From Diadema antillarum (taxonomy: Eukaryota), in assembly GCF_040938485.1 (NCBI RefSeq), contig NW_027271158.1, positions 1,054,001-1,118,000 on the forward strand: a stretch of DNA of 64,000 nucleotides, given 5' to 3'. How positions within the stretch are numbered: the stretch's first letter is position 1; every line of letters starts with the position of its first letter. Below, piece after piece: positions 1 to 12,685 of the stretch. The notes under the pieces are model-generated. The model saw nothing but the letters and a program-made list of their open reading frames with translations. It had not been told where the DNA came from and did not search any database. Position numbers and translations under genes: made by a program.

Positions 1-3000
1 AAATAAGACTACTGTTTGGTAAAATCAAACTCATGGAAAAAAATTCCTACACAGTATAATTTTTCCATACTATGTACATTTACATGGTCAGCTTACAGAA
101 AGCAAGTCATGATACAAATATCCCCGGCATAAACGACTTTGTACCACTCGCCCATGCATACATGTACTCTGGATGTATCCTGCACAGAGGACAGAATATG
201 GTTCACAGCACAATGTACATTGTACAAGTTCCTTCCATTGTGCTATTTCAAGAAATTTACAAACCCATTAAACTTCTCCCTGTATTGCAACTTGCTCAAG
301 AAATGAACAGGCAAGCATGTACGTATGTACAAGCTTGTAGCACAGTGTTTGTGGTATGACCCTAGCAGGAGCTCACACAATAGGTACTTCCCCTGCTATG
401 ATTCATAACTGGCTGGTATTCTGAATAGTCTACTTCACACTGACTTTTGCACGACGATTTTGCCATTTCATGAAAAATTAATCTGCATCTCCTTGGTGTA
501 TCAGAATCCATTAAATAGGACCTAAATGTGCTAAGACTCTACACAGAGTAGGTGCTGTGACCGTAGCCCGCCTTTCACACATACTGCTTTTGAATGAATG
601 CTCCACTTTCACGCATCCACATCTCCGACAAAGTGGGGCTGTCTGCTTAGACTACAAACAGCTCAGGGCCAACCAATGACAGTCAGAGCTGGCAGGTTGC
701 CAACATACATTGTACATCGGGCAGCACCCCGGAGGTTTGCAGAAGCCACCCACACAAAAAGGTAAATCCCTCATAACAGCAGTCAAGGATACTGATACTA
801 CACGTACAGTGTACCTACGTACGTGTACGTACAAATTTTGTACATCATGTGGCATGGTTTTGTGAAGTGTGTGTGCTGTGTCCATGTGTGCCTACACCCT
901 TCAGTCTATGGAAAATACTTTACCAGGAATGCATTCACATTTCTTTTTCTCACAGGTTTAGCATAGGTAGGTCAGCAGTAGTATATAATACAATGTATCA
1001 TAAATACTCACAGGGGATTTGAAAGCTTCGCCATGTAGTATGAATGTGGGATCACATTTACCCACTGTATACAGTGATACGTCTGCCATACTAACTGTAC
1101 AATCGCAATAAGAAAACTTATCATGCATATCTGTACTTAAACAGATTCCAAACACTAGACCATGCAGTTCATCAAACAATAATTCCAAAGAGTTTGAACA
1201 ATGGTGTAGGTCATCCACAACATGTGTTTCTTGTGAAGGCCTGGACAGAGATTCTCAAGTCATTTGAGAATGACACACACATCCTGTTTACTGACTTTTT
1301 TTCTAAATGTAACGGTATTTGTGTACCAAGGGTATGTGAAAGAGAGAGAGGAAAAAAGGAATTGAATGCTACAGCAATATTTCCCATTGTGGATGAGTAA
1401 TATCAAAGGTGAAAACTTTGATAATTCTTTGGAATACACAGTTATAAAGAAATATGTATTGAAAACATGTGCACATACAGTCTGTATGAAACTAGTGACA
1501 TTTAGTGCAATTTGATAGTGACAAGCACTAAGGCCATTTAAGAACAGAAAGGAGTTTCTCATCCTCATGCACATTCGATTTGGCCACTGCATCATTCTTG
1601 GTATTACCTAAATGTACAAACTGTAGGTATTTACTATTTTTTAAATGCCACTGTAAATGTCATTTTTTTTTTCGTATCTTGTTCCCATCCGCACCCTTTT
1701 TGAGTAATCACATCAATCTTTCTTTTTATATTTAACATACTTTATGATTAGGGGTAATGATTAATGGGGCAACAGAAAAACCCATCAAAAATTTACCTAC
1801 CGATTGTGATGTCATGCATGCACCGAGTTAGAATACATCCTCTACAAATGTATATTAACACCATACTATAGTATGTACACTGTATGCATGATCATACCAC
1901 TAGGCAAGAATTATCAACTAACCAGCTGTACTGTGGGTCTGGGCATGCAGTGTGCTGTCGAGAGAGCATTAGCACGTACTACATCACGAATAGATATGTT
2001 GTCTTACCACCCTCGTATGCGCACCATTGTACGCGTGGAGCCCAGCTTGGGTTCAAAGGTTACAGTATGTACAGTTTGTACTTGTGCCCACTGTCGCACT
2101 AGCTTACCCACGTATATATGCACTGTCTCTATCAGAAGAATAAGATACCAAACAGTAACTTAGTAAGGACCTCCCACATCAACCTTCCTCTGACAACCCA
2201 GACAAGAAAGTTCTTTCTACTTTTTACTGGGCCGTAACAATTTTGGTGAGAATGACGCTGACAGAAAGACAATTTAAAGACAACCACTGAGAATGACCTC
2301 CATATTCTAACTCCCACACATGTACATGTATACTGAGTGCACTGAAACTCTCAGTGATGTTTTTGTTTTTCACCAATGATTCATACACTACCTGCATCTC
2401 TTATTGATAAGGACTGTGTGCGTAAGAAAGTGCAAAGCTGAATGCACAGATATACACATTTGTAGCAATGAATTCCATGATAACATAAAGCAAAGTTCAA
2501 AAGAGCATAACAAGGTGTGCAACTCATCTTATCATGTTCAATACTATTACAGAGCAAATTCAAAAGAAACAATACTATACCGCATACAGTGGATAGTGTA
2601 CATACAATGTACCAAGTAGTGACAAGCTACAGTACATTGTACAATGTATCAACAAAGCCCATATGGGTTATACTACTGGAGGTACTGAATCTTGATATGG
2701 TGGCACAAAAATTTCTTCACTTTCTCTCACAATGAGGAGTCCTGTTCCATTTCAAATTACAGCATACATTGTACGTATCAGTATGCCTAACTCAATACGC
2801 ATCACTAGCAACAATGTGATAGAATTATATTTCTGTCTTGAATCAATACTCAAGGATGATTTTGAGTTTTGTTTTGTTTTGTTTTTTTGATTGGAACTCA
2901 AAATTTTCATATTATTTTGATACACAGAATATCATGCCTGCAATACTACAACATCTTAATTTCTTTAACCACAATGTCAAAATGTACCCTGACTGCAATA

Positions 3001-4519
3001 TGTGGAAAAATGTAATTTCTACTTGAATAGGCTGTTATGGTCCTAGTATTACGGTTCTGAGGCCATTACATACAATGTATACTTGTGTGACCAAGTCTGA
3101 ATGACATGATTATCAAACTACACTTGTACCACAACTCATTTTTCATGCCATCCTAACCCAATGAGAGACAATAACATATACCAGGAATTACACATTGAAA
3201 GTAAAATTCTAATATCTATACAATGTACCATGAAATTTATTAAAAGAAAATCTAACTAAAGAGGATTATAAACAACAACAGACTAATATGTCCATTACAT
3301 AATTTACTCATTACTTTGTCTGGAATTTATTTTTGTATTGTTGATACTATCAAGTATTTTTTTTTCAATATGCAACTGTTAATCACAAGTTTCAACACAC
3401 TTGGATTTTCATTTATAGGCCTACATGTGTATGTTGCATTTAATTTCTTTTTTCTTTGCAATGGTGATTTTATGAAGACATACTGTACATGTATACACCA
3501 TATTAATTATATATCTATTTTTTTGTTTCCACATGATTGAAAGCAAATTTGTGTCATTCACCCAACCAACTCTTTAGACATCTGCTGATGCAGCATAGTA
3601 CATATACCAAGCAAAGACTTATTAGGGACTCTGGAAGGTAATGTACATACTCTTCATTTTCAACTTAAAGAGCTGGCACATTTCATGCTATCCTATCATT
3701 TTGAGCAGCACAATTGCACAATCAATAGACCCCCCAATTGGCCGATGGCCAAGTCGATCTCAAGTCAGCACTCCACATAAATGACTTAGCACTGAATCAG
3801 TCACATCCTGTCTGTGCAAATCCACAATTTTTGTGCATGAATGAAATTTTTGTAAATTCCATGAGGAGCCAAGATTTGTGAAATTAAAATGCACACAACA
3901 GTTCTTGTATTGACATTCTACAACTGTACATATTTTTAAATGTGTTGATTCTTTGAACGCCAGTGCAAGTGGCAATTTGCCACAAAGGCTGTTGCCCCTG
4001 TTGCCTGCGTTGGCTCCAATTGAATTAACGAAAATTTCATGCCATGAAGATGAATATTACAGTATACAAGAGCAGGGGCCACACAACAAATGCCCAAGGC
4101 CAGGGTAGGGAGGGGGAATCACACACACAAATATTAATTGTCTACCTAGTCACTTGAACCCTCGGGCTCAACTCAGTCCTCAATAGGTCATTTTTGGTAA
4201 TCTCAACTGTTTGTAACTAATGACAAATGTAAGGTTAAAAAGGCCAAGGGCAAGGCAAGGGGCAATGTCAATACAGTACTAGTAGTCCTGCACAAGATCA
4301 AGAGAAACCCAGAATTATATTAATTTTACAAGATACTGTAGGCCTAATTGCATGTGGTTAGAATTTTTCCTATTGGGGATTTCGTGCAGAGAGCGAAGCT
4401 GAAGTGAATTGAGGGAGGCGGAGGGAGCTGACGTGAGCTGAGCTGATGAGCTAAGCTAGATACTAGTAGAAAAGACTTGCTCACACAGCTCATTTCCCTC
4501 ACACCCGGTCCCAACTCAC

Positions 4520-5010
4520 CAAAAACCGTAGTAACAAAAACATTTTATGTCAACTCAGTACCTTCAAAATCAAAGTAACATTTGCAAAGGTGGAATGATA
4601 GCACTAGTGAATCACCACACAACGAAAAGACATGTTTTGTCATTAGTCATCCGCCAAGCAGGGGTAAAATCTGCGAAACGATCAAACTGCATTTCGCAGA
4701 TAACGTTGCGTTGTTGGCACAAAACAAGCAGTCCTTGCGTGTAGTGGCGTATGGAGATTCGGTAATTCTGTCAGCTACTCGCAGTCTGACATATTTCTGA
4801 AAGCAGGTGCATGTTAACACCCTAATCTAGTCTATTCCAATGGTTCTCATAAATCAGCTATCAGTGACATGATTGAGTGAAGTATGAAGATTGTGAATAC
4901 TTACAAAATTTTTGTTTTCCTTCCGCTGATCAGCGAAAAATCCACAAAATCGTTCGTACGACACTCAGATTTTGGTGACTTCGTTTCCCGTACTTCCGAT
5001 GTTTGAACCG
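4520..5010 (-). other. Putative divergent non-coding exons (about 5010..4905 and 4796..4520): 5' UTR of an upstream gene or a lncRNA
   Basis: Perfect donor |GTAAGT after 4905, acceptor ctgctttcag| before 4796, donor |GTGAGT after 4520; only short ORFs; TSS is a guess. Confidence 0.45.
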
Positions 5011-5992
5011 TGTACCACGCCAGGAATGATGTTTGTCATCCCCCGTTTGATTGGCTAAGGCTATCACAAAACACTGCTGGGTCAAGCATTCTAAAACAAC
5101 CGATTGGATTGGTTGGATGGTGACCCTAACATGGCTTCGTTGATTCATTGATGGGGGAATTTCCACCAAAGAGCGTAGAGCACTGCGTGCGGCCTCTACA
5201 CTCTTTGGTTTCCACTCCCGCACCATATATACCATGAATTCATTTTCTTTTCTTTTTTGTTTTTCTCTTACCAGAGTCGGAATATATGACATTAAGAAAA
5301 TGAACAGATTCAGACACAAGAAGTTCTTTCAAATACATAATAAAAACACATTAATGTTGTTTTGAATGAGCAAGACCATGCAGCCTATTTAACTGCTTAG
5401 GTGAAATTTCAGGCAGAGACATACATGAATACTTATGCCTGATGTATGCGTACGGTTCCCCACATACTAGTATTACAGTAGTTGTACAATGGGTTGTACT
5501 CGTGTACCTCAGAGTCAACACCGCTGTATGATAAACCATGGAGATACCTCCATGGGTAAACCTTGAAATAATGAGATGTTGTGGTGCTAATTCTAAATTG
5601 GGCAATCAAAGATGGGTTTACAAGAATTTCATAAAAGCTAGTGCAGCTCAGTGGTTTCTCAATACAATATCAGTTGCCCATCGAATCCTTACTTTTGTAT
5701 CTACCCTCTTAGAAATGGACGCTTCTAAAATCGATGTACCACTGATGAATATTTATTTTGTGAGATCAATTACCATCATTCTCTGTGCAGTGGCGCTCTC
5801 GAGCGCAGCGAGCTACCCTCTCAGTGACTGCTCTATTCACCGGGTCGCGCCGCCGGGTCGGGCCCACTACTTCCCGCAGAAAGCCGCATACAAAATTACT
5901 GAAGGAGAGCCCCTGGCCGTATGGCCGTACTTGTATGCGTACACTGCACTGTGGCGTGGTACTGAACGACCGACTGACGACGAACTTGCACA
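4600..5992. promoter_or_regulatory. CpG-rich bidirectional promoter region (MED11 / divergent transcript)
   Basis: CpG-dense relative to flanks; ETS-type ACTTCCG at 4992-4998, several ATTGG (CCAAT) boxes at 5050-5115, E2F-like TTCCCGC near 5871. Confidence 0.6.
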
Positions 5993-6071
5993 ATGTCGTC
6001 CAGTTTTGAAGATCGACTGAAGCAACTCGAAAACATCGAGACTGATATCGCCTGTGTTGTTCAAAATGCAG
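5993..6071 (+). CDS. MED11: MED11 coding exon 1
   Basis: ATG at 5993 (cacaATGt), ends GCAG|gtggag. Confidence 0.92.
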
Positions 6072-9000
6072 GTGGAGTTCAAATTCTCATTGCATATTAA
6101 TGCCATATAATAGATGATTTGGTGGTGGTGTTCTTTTTAAATCAATCTTGGTTGTATTTTTTAGACAAAGACTACCGCGTATTGAATGCAATGTCAATCG
6201 AACCTTCTCTTCATTCCTCATGATCCGCCTACTGGCTTTAGAGAGTAGATGTAGCACCATACGATAATGTACCAGCACCAGCAGAGAGTAGTGATATTCA
6301 CAAATGCCATCCCATGGTCCAAGGGTGCCATATAGCATATATATTTATGCAGAAAAGAATAAGGTCTGTGAGTCAGTTTAGGCATGCATGTGAATGTATT
6401 TTAAAGACCTTTTGTTAATGTAAGGTAACGTTACACATTTTTTGATAATTAAATTTATCCTTTTTTTGATAATTAAATTTATCCTTTTTTTAAGCAATTT
6501 GAAACACTAACACTAACAGTTAACTGTGTTGATTTTAGTAGAATTCAAGATAGATGTCTATATTTCGATAGGTCTAACTGTTACACTATCAGTTAGCGTC
6601 TAGACAAAGTCTTCTCATATGTCTAGTCATGATTGAAAAAAAGGTGTGTTTGCTGTTTTTGGGGGGGGGGGGCATGATTACAAAATACTTCCTGTGGCAA
6701 GACTAAAAAAAAGAGGAATTTTTAACAATTTTTCCCGTTCATGATTCATTCGCATAAAAAATGGGCATGCACTGCACTGTTAAGTGTTAAAGTTTATAAA
6801 TGTGAAGTCATTTCTTCTAATTACTAACGTTTATGTCTTAAATTATCAAAATTTCTGTGTAAGAATGTTTTCTTTCAGTGTCATTGCAAGTCTATGGAAT
6901 ATGATAGAAGTATTAGAACTATGACCTGGTCTCTCTGTACTAATTTGACTTCTTAACAAATTCATCTAGAATTTTAAAGAATTTGAGAATAAGCATAAGA
7001 ATGTACTATGAGTATATTCAGTTTAAACTTGACTATATTTTAAGCAGTATTTCTTCTCAGAAATTGATTTTTCTTGGCTTTGCAATGTAGCTGCAAATGA
7101 TAGTAACATGATTAATACCGGTATACTGAAACTATGCTCCGAATTGTGAGTTCGGATTCATATACTCTGCAGTCTCCATATTTATATTGGTCAATATTTC
7201 CACCAAAGTTGCATCCAGGTGTAGGCCCTACCTGCAGCAAAGTCGGTCCCATGTGACCTTTTATTTCCTTTGGTCCATTCTAATTGCATTCAAAACAACA
7301 CATTATATCAGGTTGTGATAAGGATCACAACCCATATTTTACTATTCTATAGTGTGAACAGAAATGTGTTATTTTGCGAGATTTGGGTCACCATCCAAAC
7401 CTCAGTAGTTTGTGCAATTTTTTTGCAAAAAGACATGAATTTGTACAGAGCACTGTGCGTGTTGCTCCTTGCTATTTTTACAAGCTGTGACACAGCGCAG
7501 TACTGTAAAACATGATATATTCACGGCATGAAAATTTCGCGAATTGGAGCCAATGGCCTTTCTCGCAGCATGAAATTTTCGTGAATTGCAACTGGCATCC
7601 AATGCATATTGTGTAAGAACTTTCGCGTGCATTTTAATTTCGCGAATTCCAGCGCTCGCGAAATTCGCGAAATTAAAATGCATGCGAACATTCCTCATTT
7701 TACAGTATATTGGCATCGTGACGTAGTAAGCACACCATTGTTCATGTGCATGCACAGGTCAGCTCTTCGCAAATGATCATGACCCAAGTTTCAAAAATGT
7801 TTACAGTGAAAACTGAATCAAAAAGATGTGACCTTGATCACGACCCAAATTTCGACATTTTTACGATGAGAACGTAACTTTCGTCTCCTTTTCTGTCGTT
7901 AGGTAAAGTGGTCCTGGAGCTGTCCAAGGACAGACCAGTGGAAAAGCAGATCGAGACCAACACAAAGACCTTCGTCAAGACGCTTGAGTCTGTGGAGAAA
8001 AGGTTGACGGAGCAGATCAACTATCTGTCGCAGGTGAATGCTTTATATGCCATGGGGGGGGGGGGGGGGGAGTTAAAAATGCTCCTGCCGGAGGATCATG
8101 AAAACACAGTTGATACTGTATGTGTTGCCCTTAAACTGCAATTCAATACCCAAGATCAAATCGCCATTAAGAACTAGAGTATAAATAGTGATACACCAGG
8201 ATTTCCATCAATATTAGACTGGCAATTTAAGATGGTTTATAAATTTCACATGTTGTCACAGATAGTGCAAAGTAGGGGATGTGATGATATCAACTCGGAG
8301 CTCCCCAGTGGTCTGTGCCAAAAGCATCACAAATGGCTGTTTGTGCTATCTAATTTTCTTAGCAAGTATAACTCATTATCCTCTAAAAGTCATTGCTAAG
8401 TTACCCAGTGCAGCAAATTGATGCAGAGGCTGCAAGTTTTTCTTTCACATCCAGAAGTGAAGGAACATCAATGGCATATTTATATATTTGAGAATAATTT
8501 CACTGTTGAAAAACTTGAAACTTTCAAATTACATAACTTTATTACTTTATGTCTGATTTTGATGAGACTTGTACCATACTCATTAAAGGACAAGTCCACC
8601 TTTGTATACATGTAGATTGAGTGAATGCAGCATTATTTGTAGAACACATCAGTGAAAGTTTGGGGAAAATCGGACAATCAGTTCAAAAGTTATGAATTTT
8701 TTAAGTATCTGCACAATCACTGCTGGATGAGAAGACTACTAGAGTGTATGATGTCACATGCGTACAACGATATAAGGAAAATATAAAGAGAATTGCACAA
8801 AATGTTACTTTTTGAAAAAAGTGCACATTTCCTCGACTCGTCACTGATGTATGTTATGAGTAATATTATTTCTCTTGCCTTCTGAAAGAGGGAAGTCAAA
8901 TGTTTTATTATTATGCGAGAAAAGTGAAAATATCTTGAATTTTCCTTATACTTTCTTTACATAGTTGTACACATGTGACATCACAAGCTGTAGTAGTCTT

Positions 9001-9814
9001 TTCATCCAGCAGTGACTAAGCAGGAACTTCAAAAATTCATAGCTTTTAAACGGATTGTCTGATATTCCTCAAACTCTTGCTGATGTGTTCTACTAATATT
9101 GCTACATTCACTCAATCCACATGTCTATGAAGGTGGACTTGTCCTTTAAAGGGATGGTATAGTTTTGGTTGAGGAGGAGATTCAGGTTTTTACTTTTTAT
9201 GAGATAATTAGAAGTCACTATTATGAAATATTAAAGAGCAAACAATTCTAGGAGGGATTCAAAGTTTATTTGATGAAAATCAGTTTTGAAATGGTTGCGA
9301 TATCCAGAAAACCAATTCGTCCTAATAAAATGTAGGACCCACCTTTTATTAGGATCACTTTGGATTTGTTTTTGGATATCTTTGCCATTTCAAAACCAAT
9401 TTTCATGAAATAAACTTTGAATGCTACTAAGAATTGTATGCTCTTTCATATTTCTAAAGTCATTTAGAACTAAGTATCTTGCAAAAATTTAAAAGCTAAA
9501 TCCTCACCTCAACCAATACTACATACATCCCTTTAAGTGGTCATTTGATGTTACTCTGTTGAAGCTTTAATGTGGTGTGTGTTATGGAATTGTACATTTG
9601 ATGAATTGAGCTGAACAAAAGACAGCAGCAGAATGTAGTAAACTCTGTATCTTCTCTCTTTGCCTTTCCCCAATCTCTCCCCTGACAGGTGTCAACAGGG
9701 CAGCCGCACGAAGGGTCAAGCTACCCGGCCCAGAAGGAGGCCCAGATGGCCATCCACCGGCTGGAGAATGCCAAGACCAAGCTGATGGAGATAAAGGGCA
9801 CCCTGTCCATGTAG
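5993..9814 (+). CDS. MED11: Mediator complex subunit 11, complete; join(5993..6071,7903..8033,9689..9814), 111 aa
   Basis: Spliced translation MSSSFEDRLKQLENIETDIACVVQNAG-KVVLELSKDRPVEKQIETNTKTFVKTLESVEKRLTEQINYLSQ-VSTGQPHEGSSYPAQKEAQMAIHRLENAKTKLMEIKGTLSM*. It matches remembered metazoan MED11 (ERLRALEDIEREI..QNAG..ILELSK..QIRYLTQVATGQPHEGSSY). GT-AG introns in phase 1 and 0; frame closes. Confidence 0.95.
6438..6492. repeat. Tandem duplication of ~26 bp (tttttgataattaaatttatcc)x2
   Basis: Direct inspection. Confidence 0.8.
7501..7707. mobile_element. TA-flanked MITE (TACTGT...ACAGTA; Tc1/mariner-pogo-like termini), family E
   Basis: TIR tactgtaaaa / ttttacagta, internal TTCGCGAA motifs. 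Confidence 0.8.
7903..8033 (+). CDS. MED11: MED11 coding exon 2
   Basis: Polypyrimidine acceptor tttctgtcgttag|, donor CAG|gtgaat; VLELSK...QINYLSQ. Confidence 0.95.
8587..9145. mobile_element. Kolobok-like non-autonomous MITE, family A (about 560 bp)
   Basis: Perfect TIR AGGACAAGTCCACCTT / AAGGTGGACTTGTCCT, TTAA on both sides (8583-8586, 9146-9149). Confidence 0.85.
9150..9532. mobile_element. Kolobok-like MITE, family B (about 385 bp)
   Basis: AGGGATG...GGTTGAGG / CCTCAACC...CATCCCT termini, TTAA flanks; left TTAA shared with the family A copy. Confidence 0.85.
9689..9814 (+). CDS. MED11: MED11 coding exon 3 (stop TAG 9812-9814)
   Basis: Acceptor ctctcccctgacag|; hallmark motif VSTGQPHEGSSY. 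Confidence 0.95.
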   Translation: MSTGQPHEGSSYPAQKEAQMAIHRLENAKTKLMEIKGTLSM

Positions 9815-10065
9815 CCCATGTAGCGCGAAACGGAGATACGGTCACCACGGGCAACCTCCTGGTATTGCCTTCCTCGGAAGTCACAGAGGACCATACACTG
9901 TGGTTTGGTGTGGGCAGATAAATTTGTGGGAGGAGCTTGGTCCCACTGCTAGCACTCCACGTGGTGCATTGGCACACTGCGCTGCCCAAGAGTCCGGGGT
10001 GATTGTAATATGAAGCATGCAGGAACTGACGACACCCATACAGGGAAACCTTATTCTGGGTTCAT

Positions 10066-10345
10066 ACCTTTACACCTGTGTTATCTGTATATTTGTGTTA
10101 ACATTTTCACCAGCATTACCCTGTACACTTTGGTTAACTTGTATTCATGTGTTGACCTTTACACAAGGGTTATGCTGTACATTTGGGTTAGCTATTACTT
10201 TCCCAAGTGTGTTGACCCATATATACACCATGGTATTTCTTTACTCTTGGTTGACAACTACACCTTGATTTCCTTGTACACCAAGCTTAACCTTAACACC
10301 TGGGTTAAGCTCTGCAGCTGGTGTAATATTTACACCTTGGCACTT
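10066..10345. repeat. Degenerate 18-bp tandem repeat (consensus about CTGTACACCTGGGTTAAC)
   Basis: Units at 10085, 10103, 10121, 10139, 10157, 10175, 10256, 10274, 10292, 10310, 10328. Confidence 0.75.
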
Positions 10346-11348
10346 TCAGACATTGCTGGAAGACACCAGTGGGTATATTTCCCATACTCACTGTTATTAA
10401 CAGCCATAACTTTGGTTGTGAATCTTTAGAAGTTGTTCCATGCCATGGTGTCTGACATTTTCTGGAATGCAGTTATGTTGCCAATGTTAGTGATTCTCTC
10501 AATTTGCAGGACATTTCATTGGTCAGTCGCACAACACCTGATAGAGCTCATCTTTTCTTTTCCCTCTTGTTTTATGCCTTTACCCCTGAGGCATTAGTTA
10601 AGGAAGGGTGCTCGCCCCAATCTCATCAGATGTTACAGCAGAAATTTTTTATCTTCACTGGGGATACTTAGATATTCTTTGATTCTTTTCATAGATATCA
10701 CAAGCCCCTCAGTATTGCAAGTATTGGTAGCCACTGACTTGTATCAATACAGAATCCATATATGCCATTTGTTTTTCCAAGGAGTGCAGAATTGAGAATA
10801 ACATGGATTAGAGTAATGAAGTGTGAACATGCCCTCCTTCACACCCCCCCCCCCAAAAAAAAAGGGAGTATTTTTTTTTTTTTTTTACTTTATCTGGGGT
10901 AATTGCTCAAACACAGAATGCTCAGTATGCTCATTTATGTATCAATGAATAGTATGCACACTTTTGCTTTTTCAAACAGATGGTAAAGGAAGAACTTACC
11001 ATACTGCCCGTTTCCACCAATGCTTAGTTACAATTTGTATTTTGTGGTGTTTGTGTGTCATTGTTTTGTAGGGACAGGGCTAGGTTGTTAACGTCTAAAT
11101 TCTCATTAGTACATCAGAATTAATTGTTGAGTTACGTGAATATATGAGCGAAAAAGCGATTCGACCAAACTGAAAGGGCTTTCACCTGAACACATTAAAT
11201 GATTCTATTGCAGATATAAAGTTCACTTTCCCTCCCTTTTTAGCCCATAACATCATGTTTGCATTGTGTATGTCCTCTCATGAAGAAGCGTCACTTTTGT
11301 ACACAGTAATTGATCACTGATTTTAGTTCTGTATTCCACAGATGTACA

Positions 11349-11354
11349 AATAAA
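11349..11354 (+). terminator. Candidate MED11 polyadenylation signal AATAAA
   Basis: AATAAA followed by GT/T-rich sequence about 1.5 kb after the stop; use not demonstrated. Confidence 0.4.
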
Positions 11355-11629
11355 AGTGATTGTAACTAGATTATCAGATGTGCTGTCTTCCAGATCTTTT
11401 GTGCATCTCCTGATTCTGTGGTTGATTTGTGGGGCTGAAATGAGATTGTGTCAAAATGCTGGTAGACTTATCATAGAGGGGGTGACTTCGTCCCAAACCT
11501 CTCTCAGTTTTCTCTACATTTCTTTTTCAAAGTTTTTAACTGGTATGAGCATTGCATCAGTCAAAGTTTAATCATAGTTGAGTTTTAGCACAGAGAAATA
11601 TATCAACAGGTTCAATGACGAAGATACTT

Positions 11630-11812
11630 AAATTTGTCCCCTGCCCGGCAGAAGGGCCCAAGCATGAAATTTCCCCAAAAATTGAATTTTAGGTTTGTGA
11701 CATACACTGTAATTAGAGTTTTGAAAGCTCTTTCATACGGTGTGACCATCATTTTTTGTGATTTTTTGAGCGCGTAAGCCTTAAGGTCCTTCTGCCGGGC
11801 AGACGATGATTT
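11630..11812. mobile_element. Small IR-bounded MITE remnant
   Basis: Perfect 15-bp IR CTGCCCGGCAGAAGG (11641) / CCTTCTGCCGGGCAG (11788). Confidence 0.6.
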
Positions 11813-12117
11813 GTTTGTTTTAGGTGGACTGAGATACAGCGTGTATGATTTCAATTAAACCAGTTCACATTCAAATTTAATAGGATTTTCTAATGCAAAC
11901 ATTATATGAATGTTGATGTTTGGTATTTCACAAAACTAAGTGTCATCCAATGCCAACCAAGTCTCCCTACTGATCTATTCATATGACTATGTACCCAGCT
12001 ATTATCCACAAATACCGATCTACATAATCAGCTGCCTATAAATCCATCCACCTCTCTTTCCATCCTATCTACCTATCCATCTGAATATCTATCTATCCTC
12101 CCATCCTATCTACCTAT

Positions 12118-12367
12118 CGTCGCTGGGGTGACAAGACTTCGTATCTGAAATTTTGGTGAAAATGACTTTTTTGAATTAATGGTCAAATAATGGGTTAAGT
12201 GATGTCCTGTCCAAATCCCAACTGTCTTACTCCAAAAATGAAGCCACCACAGCATGTCAAAGGAAAGGCTATCCCATTCACTATAGTGCTGTGGCTGCCA
12301 TGTTTTTTTTTTGCTTTCCTGAACATTTGACATTTTGTAGATACGAGGTCTTGTCGCCCCAGTGACG
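12118..12367. mobile_element. Unclassified 250-bp MITE inserted in a CTAT/CCAT microsatellite
   Basis: About 29-bp imperfect TIR cgtcgctggggtgacaagacttcgtatct / agatacgaggtcttgtcgccccagtgacg; CTAT on both flanks. Confidence 0.75.
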
Positions 12368-12536
12368 CTATCCATCTGCCTATCTTTATCCACCTATCCT
12401 ATCTACCTATCCATCTGCCTATCTTATCTATCCTTCCATCTTATCTACCTATCCATCTGCCTATCTTATATATCTAAACATCATATCTAACTATCCATCT
12501 ACCTACTCTATCTACTATTTACATATCCTATCTACC

Positions 12537-12685
12537 TATTGTATGTTCGCATGCTAATTTTTTCACGAGAGCTAATTTTTGCGAAACAAAGATGCATGCC
12601 AAAGATCTTATCTATACTATATATATACATTGAATGCCAATGGAATTTGCGAAAATTTCATGTCGCGAATGTCTGTTTTACAGTA
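12537..12685. mobile_element. Degenerate TACTGT-type MITE inside a microsatellite tract
   Basis: ttttcacga/ttttgcgaa motifs, ends ttttacagta. Confidence 0.6.

Noticed and set aside
4930-5319. 129-aa minus-strand ORF as a divergent protein gene
   Set aside because: Non-ATG start in the track, runs through promoter motifs, no recognisable domain
5538-6020. 160-aa + strand ORF overlapping the MED11 start
   Set aside because: Different frame from MED11, no domain; explained by GC-rich promoter sequence
8278-8340. Intronic C/D-box snoRNA in MED11 intron 2
   Set aside because: TGATGA present but no nearby CTGA D box
9815-10009. Stop-codon read-through from MED11 into the repeat ORF
   Set aside because: Additional in-frame TAGs at 9821 and 9950
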